Positions 1-10,019 are shown, counted from the stretch's first letter. The stretch: DNA of 64,000 bases from an uncultured Planctomycetota bacterium (GCA_963845755.1 CAWJTV010000020.1:448001-512000), one strand, 5' to 3'. The notes: generated by a model from the letters alone, not told the origin. Made by a program: numbers and translations.

Positions 1-282
1 ATGGCTGTTCCGCAGCTCACCCATGCTGAAGTGCGAGCTTTCGGCTCGCATGCCATGATCGGCCAGGATCTTCCGGACGGCTTTCCCTTCAGAGAGCGAT
101 GAAAACTCGGGACCGAAACCGATTGGCGAGCACAACTCGAGCCTTGTCACGCCGATCGCGGCCACCTTCGCGACGAGAGCTGGAAGGTCCCCGAGCATCG
201 AACGCAGTGGCCAGACCTGGCAGCCAATCGGCATCGGACTCGATTCGCCGGCGCTCTCGGACGCTGAAGCTTCGGTTGTCAT
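1..282 (-). CDS. Sugar phosphate isomerase/epimerase (xylose-isomerase-like TIM barrel), 5' part; runs off window edge
   Basis: Manual minus-strand translation: MTTEAS...PMPIGCQVWPLRSMLGDLPALVAKVAAIGVTRLELCSPIGFG...VRKILADHGMRAESSHFSMGELRNSH. Not in the ORF track because it has no stop in the window. Confidence 0.7.
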   Translation of the reverse strand, partial: MTTEASASESAGESSPMPIGCQVWPLRSMLGDLPALVAKVAAIGVTRLELCSPIGFGPEFSSLSEGKAVRKILADHGMRAESSHFSMGELRNSH

Positions 283-486
283 ATAGAAACCCTGGGATTT
301 CGGTTGCGCGTGATCGAGGAAAAAGCGGTTTCGTAATTGACCTCATTCTCGCCGATCCGATGGGGGCGTGCAATCCGGGCGATCTCAACGGGTCCGAGCG
401 CCGGTGAGCCGAGCCACGAACTCTGGTGTCGTCGGCACAGGGTGCGCGCTGATAAAATCCATCCGAGTCTTCCCGGGAGGCAGGAC

Positions 487-1593
487 ATGAAAATCACCCG
501 TAGTACCTTCGAGAGCCAGCGGCAGCGACGGTTCGGCGCCAAGAATCCAGAGCGGATGCCACTCGCATTCTGGGAGTGGATGGTCCGGGGTTCCGAAGAT
601 GCCCGGACCCGCGACGATTCCTCCAAGGAGAACGATCCCGCCGTCCTCGCTCACTCGCCCTACGACGTCCGCAGATATTTCGGCCGGGAGGGCGATTACG
701 CGGCGGGGCCTATCTGGAACTTCGAGCGTATGGGTTCGACGCGCACGCCGCATCCGGACGGCAGGATGATCTGCATCGGCGGCGAACACGAGGACTACTA
801 CGACCCCGATTTCTGCATCTACAACGACGACGACGTCCTCGATCTGGACGGCTCCATCGAGATCTATAGATATCCGAAAGACCACTTCCCGCCCACGGAC
901 TTCCACACCGCGACCCTCCTCGGCGAGCGTGTGATCATCATCGGACGGCTCGGGTATATGGGGGAACGCCATCCGGGGATAACGCCAGTGTTCGCCCTCG
1001 ACCTCGCAAGTTACCACATCGAAGAATTCCCTTCGCATGGGGAACTGCCCGTCTGGGTCTTCGGGCATGAGACCGAACTCGACTCAGATGGGCTCATCAT
1101 CATTCGCGGCGGCGAGATCTTCGACGAGACGTACGGCGATCGAGGGATCAAGCGCAATTTCGACGACTTCGCATATGACAGTGTTACCGGAATCTGGAAG
1201 CGTCTCACGAGTCGAGAATGGCGTCAGTTCTCCATTAGCGACGAAGGTGGAAAGACCTTCATGAAAGGTCCTCCTTTCCGGGGATGCTCGCCGGTCGCGG
1301 ATGTGCCCGTGGAGGAGACCCTCGACGTCGCCGACCCCTTCCTCTATGTCATGCCCAAGGCACTGCTTCCCCGAAGCGTCGCATACGAGACCATCTGGTC
1401 CGATGAGCCATCGCTGGATGAGCGGATCATCGTGGCGGGAATCCCCGTCTCCATCAAAATGGAGGCCTTCTCCATCGAGGTCATCATCGAGGGCGAGATG
1501 GACGAAGACATGGCAAACGCGCGTGCCGAGGACATCAGGGAAGGGGTCGAAGCCGATACGGGGCGGCCTTGCGTCTTGCAGAAATACACATGA
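487..1593 (+). CDS. Hypothetical protein, possibly Kelch-like beta-propeller
   Basis: ORF 337..1593; likely ATG at 487 after CAGGAC; motifs IGGEHEDYYDPDFCIYND, PPTDFHTATL..RVIIIG, FGH..L..GLIIIRGG. Confidence 0.6.
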   Translation: MKITRSTFESQRQRRFGAKNPERMPLAFWEWMVRGSEDARTRDDSSKENDPAVLAHSPYDVRRYFGREGDYAAGPIWNFERMGSTRTPHPDGRMICIGGEHEDYYDPDFCIYNDDDVLDLDGSIEIYRYPKDHFPPTDFHTATLLGERVIIIGRLGYMGERHPGITPVFALDLASYHIEEFPSHGELPVWVFGHETELDSDGLIIIRGGEIFDETYGDRGIKRNFDDFAYDSVTGIWKRLTSREWRQFSISDEGGKTFMKGPPFRGCSPVADVPVEETLDVADPFLYVMPKALLPRSVAYETIWSDEPSLDERIIVAGIPVSIKMEAFSIEVIIEGEMDEDMANARAEDIREGVEADTGRPCVLQKYT

Positions 1594-1705
1594 GGGCGAT
1601 CCGGCTGCGCGTGCCATACAGGTCTTTCAGTTCCCCGAGTTCCGCGGCCTGCTCCGGGCCGCTCACCATGAGCCCTGAGGATCAGGGCGGCGACTAAAAC
1701 ATCCC

Positions 1706-1842
1706 GGCTCATGGGCCCAGATTGGTGATGACCTCTGGTGTAGGGTGGGTGCAACCCACCATAACCCCAAGTCGGACGGTGGATTGCACCCACCCTACAA
1801 ATCTCATGGGCACTAGCAATTACCAATTTCTGCCCATGAGCC
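1706..1842. mobile_element. MITE-like element with imperfect ~25-bp terminal inverted repeats enclosing a GTAG REP doublet
   Basis: Left GGCTCATGGGCCCAGATTGGTGATG versus reverse complement of right end GGCTCATGGGCAGAAATTGGTAATT; no clear target duplication. Confidence 0.5.
1740..1798. repeat. GTAG-family REP doublet (REPIN-like)
   Basis: GTAGGGTGGGTGCAACCCACC ... GGTGGATTGCACCCACCCTAC, inverted pair; related copy at 47612..47667. Confidence 0.8.
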
Positions 1843-1870
1843 ACCCACGTAAGACCGCCACAGCGACTCG

Positions 1871-2370
1871 GGAATGTTGAGTTCTTCGAACACGTTGGCA
1901 TTCCGTATCAGCAATGAGGAGGCTCGACCGACTTCCCGGATCTCACAGAGCCGATGATTCCGCGCGAACATCCCAACAGGCTCTTGCGTCTATCAAGCAA
2001 AGGCTGCGAGGAGACGGCAAGAGCGACAGGCCGGCGCGAGCATCAAGCCGTCGTGATCGGTCAGGACTGGTATGCGAGGAAGGCGATGAACGGCGTGTGT
2101 CAACCGCTCGCGAGCTTGTCCAGACGTGCCGTTCGGTTCGACGGGGATCGGTCGAGTTCCCAGCGGTGGTATGCCCATCGCTGTTGACGCCCGGCCTGCC
2201 TCGATCTGCTTGTGGAAATGGAAAGGCCCGGTGTCGAAATCCACCGGGCCTTATCTTTGGATGGCGCTGGCGGGCGGGGATGGATCCGTCACGGCCCATC
2301 ACCAAATCCGGGAAACTCGGTAACAAACGCGGACAACGCATGGAGAATGTGCGAATCCGTATAATCGCAC
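1871..2370 (+). ncRNA. Large structured ncRNA candidate (GOLLD-like) upstream of tRNA array; ends approximate
   Basis: No credible ORF. Nested helices: 1871-1880/1895-1904, 1921-1931/2148-2158, 1980-1987/2017-2024, 2025-2031/2114-2120, 2035-2041/2106-2112, 2161-2169/2175-2183, 2223-2233/2242-2252. Strand inferred from the tRNAs. Confidence 0.6.
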
Positions 2371-2477
2371 CAAATACTTTGATAATTCGAGCTTCGGCTG
2401 GATTCTAAATCCACGGCGAGATAATGCATTAGCTCCGTAGCAAGGAGGCGGACCGAGTTCGACTCTCGATGCGGTTC
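2363..2477 (+). ncRNA. Non-canonical tRNA-like element
   Basis: AATCGCA(2363-69) pairs with TGCGGTT(2470-76); T-arm CGAG-TTCGACT-CTCG; internal hairpin TGGA-TTCTAAA-TCCA; about 115 nt, no canonical D-arm. Confidence 0.35.
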
Positions 2478-2491
2478 TTTCGATCAACGAT

Positions 2492-2563
2492 GGGCGGCTG
2501 GTCTAACGGGATGACACTTGGTTTGCACCCAGGAGATCGGGGTTCGATTCCCCGGCCGGTCCA
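2492..2563 (+). tRNA. tRNA-Ala(TGC)
   Basis: Anticodon arm CTTGG-TTTGCAC-CCAGG; T-arm CGGGG-TTCGATT-CCCCG; G3:U70 Ala determinant; irregular acceptor stem. Confidence 0.85.
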
Positions 2564-2645
2564 CTCCCTCGCGGGTTCGAGTCATGGTCGGGGTATCAGA
2601 ATTCCTTCGGAATCGTGAGTCCTCGACCGGAAAGCGGAAAGCGCG

Positions 2646-2718
2646 GCCTCGGTGGTGAAATGGACGATCATCCCTCGCTTCTAACGAGGTGTTCCAGGTT
2701 CGAGTCCTGGCCGAGGTA
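2646..2718 (+). tRNA. tRNA-Arg(TCT)
   Basis: Acceptor GCCTCGG/CCGAGGT; anticodon arm CCTCG-CTTCTAA-CGAGG; T-arm CCAGG-TTCGAGT-CCTGG. Confidence 0.92.
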
Positions 2719-2742
2719 TGACTGTTGAACGAAGTGGAATGA

Positions 2743-2815
2743 GGACCCGTCGTCTAGCGGCGAAGACGTCCCTTTGACGTGGGGAAGACCGGTGGTTCGA
2801 GTCCACCCGGGACCA
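2743..2815 (+). tRNA. tRNA-Val(GAC)
   Basis: Acceptor GGACCCG/CGGGACC (A.A mismatch); anticodon arm TCCCT-TTGACGT-GGGGA; T-arm GGTGG-TTCGAGT-CCACC. Confidence 0.85.
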
Positions 2816-2944
2816 CTGGTTGGCGAGACCCACTTGATATGGAAGCGCTACACGACTCGGGCGCGAGCGAGCGATGAGCCTTGCAGCTTCGACTTCCGCC
2901 CCTCGCGCTTCGACCCGGGCGAGTCCCGGGCAGGCCTTGATGAT

Positions 2945-3017
2945 GGTGATCGTGGTGTATCGGTCGCATCCGAGACTGTGAATCTCGACGTGCCGGGTTC
3001 AACTCCGGCCGAATACC
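2945..3017 (+). tRNA. tRNA-His(GTG)
   Basis: G-1, acceptor GTGATCG/CGAATAC; anticodon arm CGAGA-CTGTGAA-TCTCG; T-loop TTCAACT; C discriminator. Confidence 0.85.
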
Positions 3018-3035
3018 CTCGCTCAATCGAAAGAC

Positions 3036-3105
3036 AGGGGTGTGCTCCTGGGAGAGCAGCGAGCCTCCAAAACTCGTGCACAAGGTTCGAATCCTTGCAC
3101 TCCTG
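3036..3105 (+). tRNA. tRNA-Trp(CCA)
   Basis: Acceptor AGGGGTG/CACTCCT; anticodon arm CGAGC-CTCCAAA-ACTCG; T-arm CAAGG-TTCGAAT-CCTTG. Confidence 0.88.
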
Positions 3106-3129
3106 CTGGATGAATCTCCAGGCTCTCGT

Positions 3130-4387
3130 CTAAACTCGGCGCAAGAGCGGCAGTGGAGCGAACCCAGCCCCGAGGACGGATTCCGGAGGACATCCGAGCC
3201 AGTCGGCCAGGAGGCTCGCATAGACCTGGCGGAAGTCGGTGTGAAACTTCAAGTCGCCGTCGTCGAGGTCGTCCAGGCTCGGATGCTTGCCCACCAGGCC
3301 CGGCTTGGCGACCGGGCCGACGAGGAAGACCGGCGCCGCGGCGCCGTGGTCCGTCCCTTGCGAGGCGTTCTCTTGCACCCGGCGCCCGAATTCGCTGAAC
3401 GTCAGGACAACGACGCGGTCGGCCTGGCCGGCCGCGGTCAGGTCGTCATGGAACGCGGCGATCGAATCCGACAGCTCATTGAGCAGCGCCTGGTGGCTGC
3501 CGAGCTGGTTCGCGTGGGTGTCGAACCCGTCGAGCGATGTATAGAAGATCTGAGTACCGAAGTCCGCCTTGATCATCTGAGCGACCAGCTCCAGGCGACG
3601 CGCTAGCCCGAAATTGGGGTACTTGGGACCCGTTCCCGGCTTCGGCGCGAGCTGTTCGAGCCGGCTGCTGGATTCATACGCCGACAACGTCGTGCGGCTG
3701 ATGAAGCCGAGCAACGGGTCGTCCTCGCGACGCTCGACCCGCGCCATCTCCGATCAGCGCGGAGCGCGTCGCTTTCCGGTCAGGCTCGGCGCCGGCAACC
3801 CGGAGCTTGTAGGTCTCGAGGCTCTCCAGCGCCGGGACTTCAGTCTTGCGGCTGCGCAACGCCTGGGGCAAGCTGCGGCCGCCGACGTGCAATGCCGACG
3901 GATCGTCGCCCGGCTTGCGGCCCTTCGCATCGAGGGCCCGTCCCAGCCAGCCGGTCTCCACAGATGCAGGAGCATTGTCCAGCCGGGCGGTCTCCCAGAT
4001 CTCCATCGATCGGAAGTGAGAACGGTCGGGATTGGGGTAACCCACTCCCTGCACGATTCCCAGTCGTCCCTTTTCCAGCAGCTTTGCCATCCCTCCCATC
4101 GCGGGATGCAATCCGATCTCCGGGGTGACCTTATGGACCTGGCCCGGGGACGAGCGCAATGCCCTCCGCCCGCGGTTATAGCCATCGATCCCATGAGGGA
4201 CCACGGTATTCAATCCGTCATTTCCGCCCAGGAGTTGGACGACAACGAGAATTCGGTCTTTGGCTTTTCCGCCCATGGCCGCCTGGGCCGTACGGCCGAG
4301 GAAGCCGGGGATCGTCGTCGCGCCCATCGCGACCAGCGTACTGGTCCCGATCGACTGTTGAAGAAACTGGCGGCGGCTCGAAGGCAT
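3130..4387 (-). CDS. DUF1501 family protein with Tat signal (one frameshift near 3745)
   Basis: SRRQFL leader; VVQLLGGNDGLNTVVP, YPNPDRSHFRS, GFDTHANQ, FSEFGRR, GTDHG; ORFs 3674..4387 and 3130..3747. Confidence 0.9.
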
Positions 4388-4411
4388 GGATTCGTCCTCC
4401 CGGTCGGCGGG

Positions 4412-5822
4412 TCAGGTCAGTTGATATTCCGGTAGGGTCAGGATCCGTCGGGCGGCATCGCGGACGGCCGCATCGGCGCCGGCGTCTTTCGACGTCGCGG
4501 CCTTGACGATCGGCTCGCGTACTTTCGGGTCGAGCGGATCGGGGACGAGCAGGTCGAGCAAGAACCGAGCGGCCGCGTCGGGTCAACTCGCACCGTGGCG
4601 AGCGGCCAGCGCCCGCGGGTTGCAACGCCGGCCGACAGCCTGGTCGTCTTCGGAGATGAGTCGCAGGGCCAGGTTGGCGCGGGCGAGCATCGCGGTGGAG
4701 CTGACCCAGGCCGGTCCACCATCCCAGCCGGCGACGCTCGGAGGGGAATAGAGACTCTCACCCATGGCGACGCAGGTCTCGGCAAGGGCCTGCGCCTCGA
4801 CCGTCGGGTTGAGGATCTCCAGGGAGCGGATCGTCCCCACGGCAAATTCGACCGGACTCTTCACCCGCCGACGTCGCACGGCGGCATCGAAGAACAGGCG
4901 CGAGCGCAAGATCCGCGCCACGGGAACCTTGATCTGATAGTTCGACTCGCGAAACGCCTGGGCCAGCGGCGCGAGGAGCCGCTCCGATGGCGACTGGGAG
5001 TCGCTCACAAACTGCCGGAATAGCTTGCGGCAGATCCACTCGGCACACGCGGGTTGTTCCAGCAGGATCCCCGGAATGTCGTCGCCCGTCCATTTCCCGG
5101 TACGGCCCAGGACCTGCTTGACGCCATCGTCATGCTGGCGCGACGACCACCTGGAACTCGTCGCGGATCACGAACCAACCCGTGAACGCCCGGGCGGCTT
5201 CCCGGATGTCCTTCTCCGAATAGTGGCCCCGGCCGAGGCTGAAGAGCTCCATCACTTCCCGGGCGTAGTTCTCGTTGGGCTTGGCCTTGCGGTTGATGGT
5301 CGAATCCAGCCAGATCAGCATGGCCGGATCCTTTCCGATGGCCTGGAGCAAGGCGCGGAAGTCGCCCAGGGCCTGAGCTCGGAACAGGTTGTTCTGCCGC
5401 TGCATCAACGCAGTGCTCGTGACTTTGGCGATCGACGTCGCGAAATGGTTGTGCCAGAACAGGGTCATCCGTTCGCGGAGCGCGTGGGGTGTGAAGATCA
5501 ACCGGTACAGCCAGATGGCCTGGATGCCGGTCAAGTCGGCGGAGGGTCCCAGCTTGGCGGCCATCGCGTCGAGGAAGGATTCGAACTCGGCGGCCGTCGT
5601 GCCATCGCCGGCCTTCGGTTCCCCGACGAGCAGCCGATCGATACTGGCGGAGGGCCCGTCATGCAGGTCTCGCTGAAGGATCGCCCAGGGAGCGGCGAAA
5701 CCGGCCGCACGGTGCAGATGCGAGACGCTCGCCAGGTCCCACGGGTGCGATCGGTCCGGCTCGAACGGCGCCCAGGCACGATCCGGATCGTCCAGCAAAC
5801 TCTTCGGCGATGCGAACCTCAT
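4412..5822 (-). CDS. DUF1800 family protein (frameshifts near 5135 and 4585)
   Basis: LRERMTLFWHNHFATS, PAMLIWLD, PNENYAREVMELFSLG, PPSVAGW, C-terminal LPEYQLT*; canonical partner of DUF1501. Confidence 0.9.
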
Positions 5823-5834
5823 CCCGATGCCCTC

Positions 5835-7668
5835 TTACTTGGATAGATCGAGCTTCACCTGGAATCGAGTGGCATCCGGATCATCCCGAACCACCAGCCG
5901 GCCGTGACCCAGGTAGCGCAAGAAATCGAGGTTGAGTCCCACCCGCTGCTCCGCTTTCTCCTTCGTCGCGCCTTGCTTCAGCATGGCCTGCATGACCATA
6001 CGGCTTCGGTTCCGCTCCAGATAGTGGGCGATCGCCGTTCCGTCTGCTTCCACGCGGAACGTGGCCTTTTCCTCGGCCCGCAAGACGCCGGGCCCGCTCA
6101 TCGCCTTCAATTCCTTCACCAGCGCGCGGGCCAGGCCCGTGCTCGAGCTCAGGATGAAATACTTGCCGACCTGGCCCGCGGCCGGCGTGTAGTTGTACCG
6201 CTGGAGCGCTTGTTCGCTGGCGGGTGCCGACGTACGCGGGACCAGGAAACGCGTCGTCGCGATCGTGATCCCTTCGACCTCTTCGGATCCGAGCTCCATG
6301 ACGGCCGCCTTCTTCTGCGCCGCATCGACGTTGGCGATGGCGACGATCGACTGGAAGGCGATCTTGAGGCGAGACGCGAAATCATCGTCGGGCGCATTCA
6401 ATTCGGCCACCAGGGCAAACGCGGGAATCTTCGGATCGGGCTCGGGTTTTAGTGCGCGTGTAATCCTGATCGGCGATGACCAATCGCCAGTGGGGATCGA
6501 ACGCTCCCAGCACATCGGGGCCGAACTCACGACCGCCGAAGAACTGCCCCGCAAGCGTGTCGAGCTGGGCGAAGCCCTGGACCGTTTCCGGGGCGAACAG
6601 GTCGGCCCTCGATTCCCAGATCGTGGCCCAGTCGCGCCAGAGACTCAGCGAGGCGATGGTCCCCGGTGGATGAAGCAACGGCGAAGTTCCATGCCCTCCG
6701 TCGGGCACATAACCCTTGATTGTCGCCGGACGCCCCTCCTTCGAAAGGGGCACTTCGAGCGCCGCGGTCAACTCAGTGGCCGACCAGCGGATACTACCTT
6801 GAATCGAGTGGGCCTGACGCAGAACCTCGTACCAGGACCCGAAGAAGAGAACGATCCCGGTATCCCCTTTCTCCGGCAGCGTAAACTTCTTGGGATCGAG
6901 CGTTTTCAGCCTGTCCAGGTCGGCGTATCCCCATACGTCGGCGTCAGCCCCCTGGCGCTCTCGGATCGCTTTCCACTCAGGCTGATCAGTGAACCGGAGG
7001 AGGGCCGGCTTGATCTTCTTGGCATCGCCGAGATCGCCCGCGGACTTCGTCTCAATGCGCTCATCGATCAAACGAACGAGGTTCTTCGGCGAATTCGAGA
7101 TCGCCAGCGTCCCGGCGATGATGGTATAAGCCGCCCCCTTCTCGCCGCCGACCGCGTACACGACCACACCCTTGTGGTCGGATGTCTGCACCGGGTCGGG
7201 CTTGGCCTTGTTCTTCGCGTCCTCGCGCGCCAGTTTCAGGAGCACCTGGTGCGTTCGTTCTAGCAGAGACAGGTCTTTCGGCGTGATCAACAAGTAAACT
7301 CGGGGCTCCTGACCCGCCTCGGCCTCGACCGCCGCCACGATCCCACCGCCGGTCAGATCGCGAAGCCCTCGGTCCCAGGTGGTCCCGACCTGCGACGCGA
7401 CCAGATTGACCACCGCCTTGAGTTGTTGGAACTGGTTGCCTTCCAGGAATTCGCGGTATTGCGGCAAGACGCCGAGATATTGCTGGATTCGCGGGTCGGT
7501 CAGTCGGTCGAGCAGGATCTCCGGATGCGGAATCTCCAGACAGACCACGGGACGGGGGTCGATGACCGTCGCGGCCGGGCGTTGTCCCTTGGCCGTCTGC
7601 GCCGCCGCCGCGGGAATGAGCCATCCAACCATTGCCAGGAGGATCAGCCAGAGCCTCGGTGTTTCCAT
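5835..7668 (-). CDS. Secreted hypothetical protein co-transcribed with DUF1800/DUF1501 (frameshift near 6450)
   Basis: Signal peptide METPRLWLILLAMVGWLIPAAAA; ORFs 6382..7785 and 5835..6554 join. Confidence 0.7.
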
Positions 7669-8242
7669 TCTGGACCGACTCGTTGGCAGGAACCTGTTGC
7701 TCGGGAGCGGGGATCGATAAGGACCATGATCGCTTTGATGTTTGCGCGGATTGATCTCTGTCCGCGAAGTTCTCGGCGCTATCATCGGTGGTGCCCCTCA
7801 GGTCGCCTCATACGGATCGCGGCACGGGGTCCAAGTGGGCTCCGGCGCCCGGATCGTCTGACCCCATTTCCGCAACCAATACCCCGGTCAGCCGCAAATC
7901 GGTTTCAACAATTCGCATCGGACACGCCAAATCACCGAGGACGAGGATGGCGCGGGGAAAGCGTAGGCTGGAATCCAATTGTAGCAATGGAATGGAACAC
8001 TGCTCGAGTCATAGGGGAGTCTTCTGACGCCGATTCTCCGGAACGAGTTGACCCGGCGAGACGGTCGTCCCGACCCGACTCAACTCGATCCCCATTACCG
8101 TCGGCGGATGGGCTTCCCTTCGGTTTCCTGCGAATTCATCGAATCTCGGACCTGATCCGCCGAATCCCCTGAAACAAGCAGCCCCTCGCCGGACAATTCG
8201 TGCCGCAGGGGCGCTTCCTCTGTCGCGATACAGACATCTTCG

Positions 8243-8485
8243 ATGAACAAATCCACAACTGCGATTTCGCTGGTTCTCATGGGTTCGGCCCTGGCTCTGG
8301 CCGGCTGTTCGTCCGGGACGGATGAGGAGGACGATGCCCGCGCCGGAAACGGCGGTGGCCACGGGATTTACACGAGTGGTCGCCCCATCGGCTCGGGGTT
8401 GCGGGGCAACGTCGGATCCGTCGGATCGGGAGCGTCGGCTCGCGGCGGATTCGGGGGGATCGGAGGCGTCGGCGGGGGTTCATGA
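8243..8485 (+). CDS. Small Gly-rich lipoprotein (YgiB/DUF1190-like)
   Basis: Lipobox LAGC; C-terminal SARGGFGG; directly upstream of a GspS-like gene. Confidence 0.65.
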   Translation: MNKSTTAISLVLMGSALALAGCSSGTDEEDDARAGNGGGHGIYTSGRPIGSGLRGNVGSVGSGASARGGFGGIGGVGGGS

Positions 8486-8554
8486 GGCCACGGACCACCT
8501 GCAGCCGGTCCCTCGATCCGGTTGATGCACGTTCCTTCACGCCTCTCTGGACAA

Positions 8555-9832
8555 ATGACGATGCTCCGAATCCCAACCCCTCCCCGCGCCGACTGGACCA
8601 AGATCGTCGAATCGCAGGGCCTGCTCTTCCACTCGATCGACGGCGTCCGCTACTGGGACGAGTCCGCCTTTTATCTTTTCGAGGCTGCAGAGGTTGATCT
8701 CATCGAGACGGCCACTTACCAACTCAATGAGATGTGCCTGAAGGCGGTCGGAGACGTGATCGAGAACGGACGTCTCGGCGAGTTCGACATACCGGAGGCG
8801 TTCCACGAGCTCGTGGCCCGAAGCTGGGAGCGCGACGAGCATACGATCTACGGCCGGTTCGACCTGGCGTATGACGGTGCTAGTCCGCCCAAACTGCTCG
8901 AATACAACGCCGATACGCCGACGGCACTCCTGGAGGCGGCCGTCATCCAATGGTTCTGGTTCCGGGACCTGCTGGTCTCGGCGGGCATGAGCGAACGGGC
9001 GGAGGCACCTTTCGACCAGTTCAACAGCCTGCACGAGCGTCTCATCGAGGCGTGGGGCCGCGTCCGGCGCGACCTGGGAGGTCGTGTCCTCTTCGCGGCG
9101 ATGCAGGACTCCCTCGAAGATGTGATGACCGTCACCTACCTCCGCGACACGGCCACGCAGGCCGGGCTGAAAACCGAGTTCCTCGCCGTCAAGGACATCG
9201 GCTGGCACGCTGGCCGCCGAGCATTCACCGACCTCCGCGAGCGAACCGTCGAGATCCTGTTCAAGCTCTACCCCTGGGAATGGATGCTCCGAGAGAAGTT
9301 CGGGCGGTTTCTGCCGGCGGCTCGAACCCGATGGCTCGAGCCCCCCTGGAAGATGGTGCTGAGTAACAAGGCGATCCTCCCGGTACTGGCTGGGCTCTTC
9401 CCGGATAGTCCATACCTCCTCCGCGCCGGATTTCAGCCGATCGGCGAGACGTATGTGGTGAAGCCGATCTATTCGCGCGAAGGCTCGAACGTCGCGATCG
9501 TCCAGGAGGGGCGCATGATCGCCCAGACGGCGGGCGACTATACAGACGGCCCGCACGTGTACCAGGAGTTTCAACCGCTACCGAATTTCGAGGGCCGATA
9601 TCCGGTCGTCGGGAGCTGGATCGTTAACGGTTACGCCTGTGGAATGGGTATTCGCGAGGACGACGGCTTGATCACCCGGAATACGAGCCGGTTCCTGCCG
9701 CACTTGTTTCGCAAGCGGTCCGACCTCAAGCCGCCGGTCATGGACCCCAAGACAAGTCAATGCTCGGACGAAAGGTCGCAGCCTTCCTCCGGCGTGAACG
9801 ACCCGCTCTGGGACCCCTGGCTCGACCGTTGA
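8555..9832 (+). CDS. Glutathionylspermidine synthase family (YgiC-like) ATP-grasp protein
   Basis: YWDES, YGRFDLAYDG, KLLEYNADTPTALLEA, LFKLYPWEWM, EPPWK..LSNKAIL, KP..SREG, GIRED. Confidence 0.92.
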   Translation: MTMLRIPTPPRADWTKIVESQGLLFHSIDGVRYWDESAFYLFEAAEVDLIETATYQLNEMCLKAVGDVIENGRLGEFDIPEAFHELVARSWERDEHTIYGRFDLAYDGASPPKLLEYNADTPTALLEAAVIQWFWFRDLLVSAGMSERAEAPFDQFNSLHERLIEAWGRVRRDLGGRVLFAAMQDSLEDVMTVTYLRDTATQAGLKTEFLAVKDIGWHAGRRAFTDLRERTVEILFKLYPWEWMLREKFGRFLPAARTRWLEPPWKMVLSNKAILPVLAGLFPDSPYLLRAGFQPIGETYVVKPIYSREGSNVAIVQEGRMIAQTAGDYTDGPHVYQEFQPLPNFEGRYPVVGSWIVNGYACGMGIREDDGLITRNTSRFLPHLFRKRSDLKPPVMDPKTSQCSDERSQPSSGVNDPLWDPWLDR

Positions 9833-10019
9833 GCGAATCCCGAGAGTCCCTCTTCCCAGAGTTGCCCTGCCAGGTCAGACACATTCATGCAACCACGCTC
9901 GTATTCGTCTTGTCGAGCGACCGAGTCTGATGTAAGATGGAGTAGCTCGCGGAAACACGGAGTAACCGGCCAGTCACATCCCTCTCGTCGGTCCCGTCCG
10001 GACCAGAACAGTGTCGATA

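Noticed and set aside
3130..5822. Programmed frameshifting or true pseudogenes in DUF1501/DUF1800
   Set aside because: No slippery-site pattern, and similar breaks occur throughout the window, which is best explained by sequencing error.
8010..8170. TPP-riboswitch-like words (GGGGAGTC, GACCC, ACCTGATCCG) upstream of the small lipoprotein
   Set aside because: The essential CTGAGA and GCGnAGG elements are absent, spacing is wrong and the downstream genes are unrelated to thiamine.
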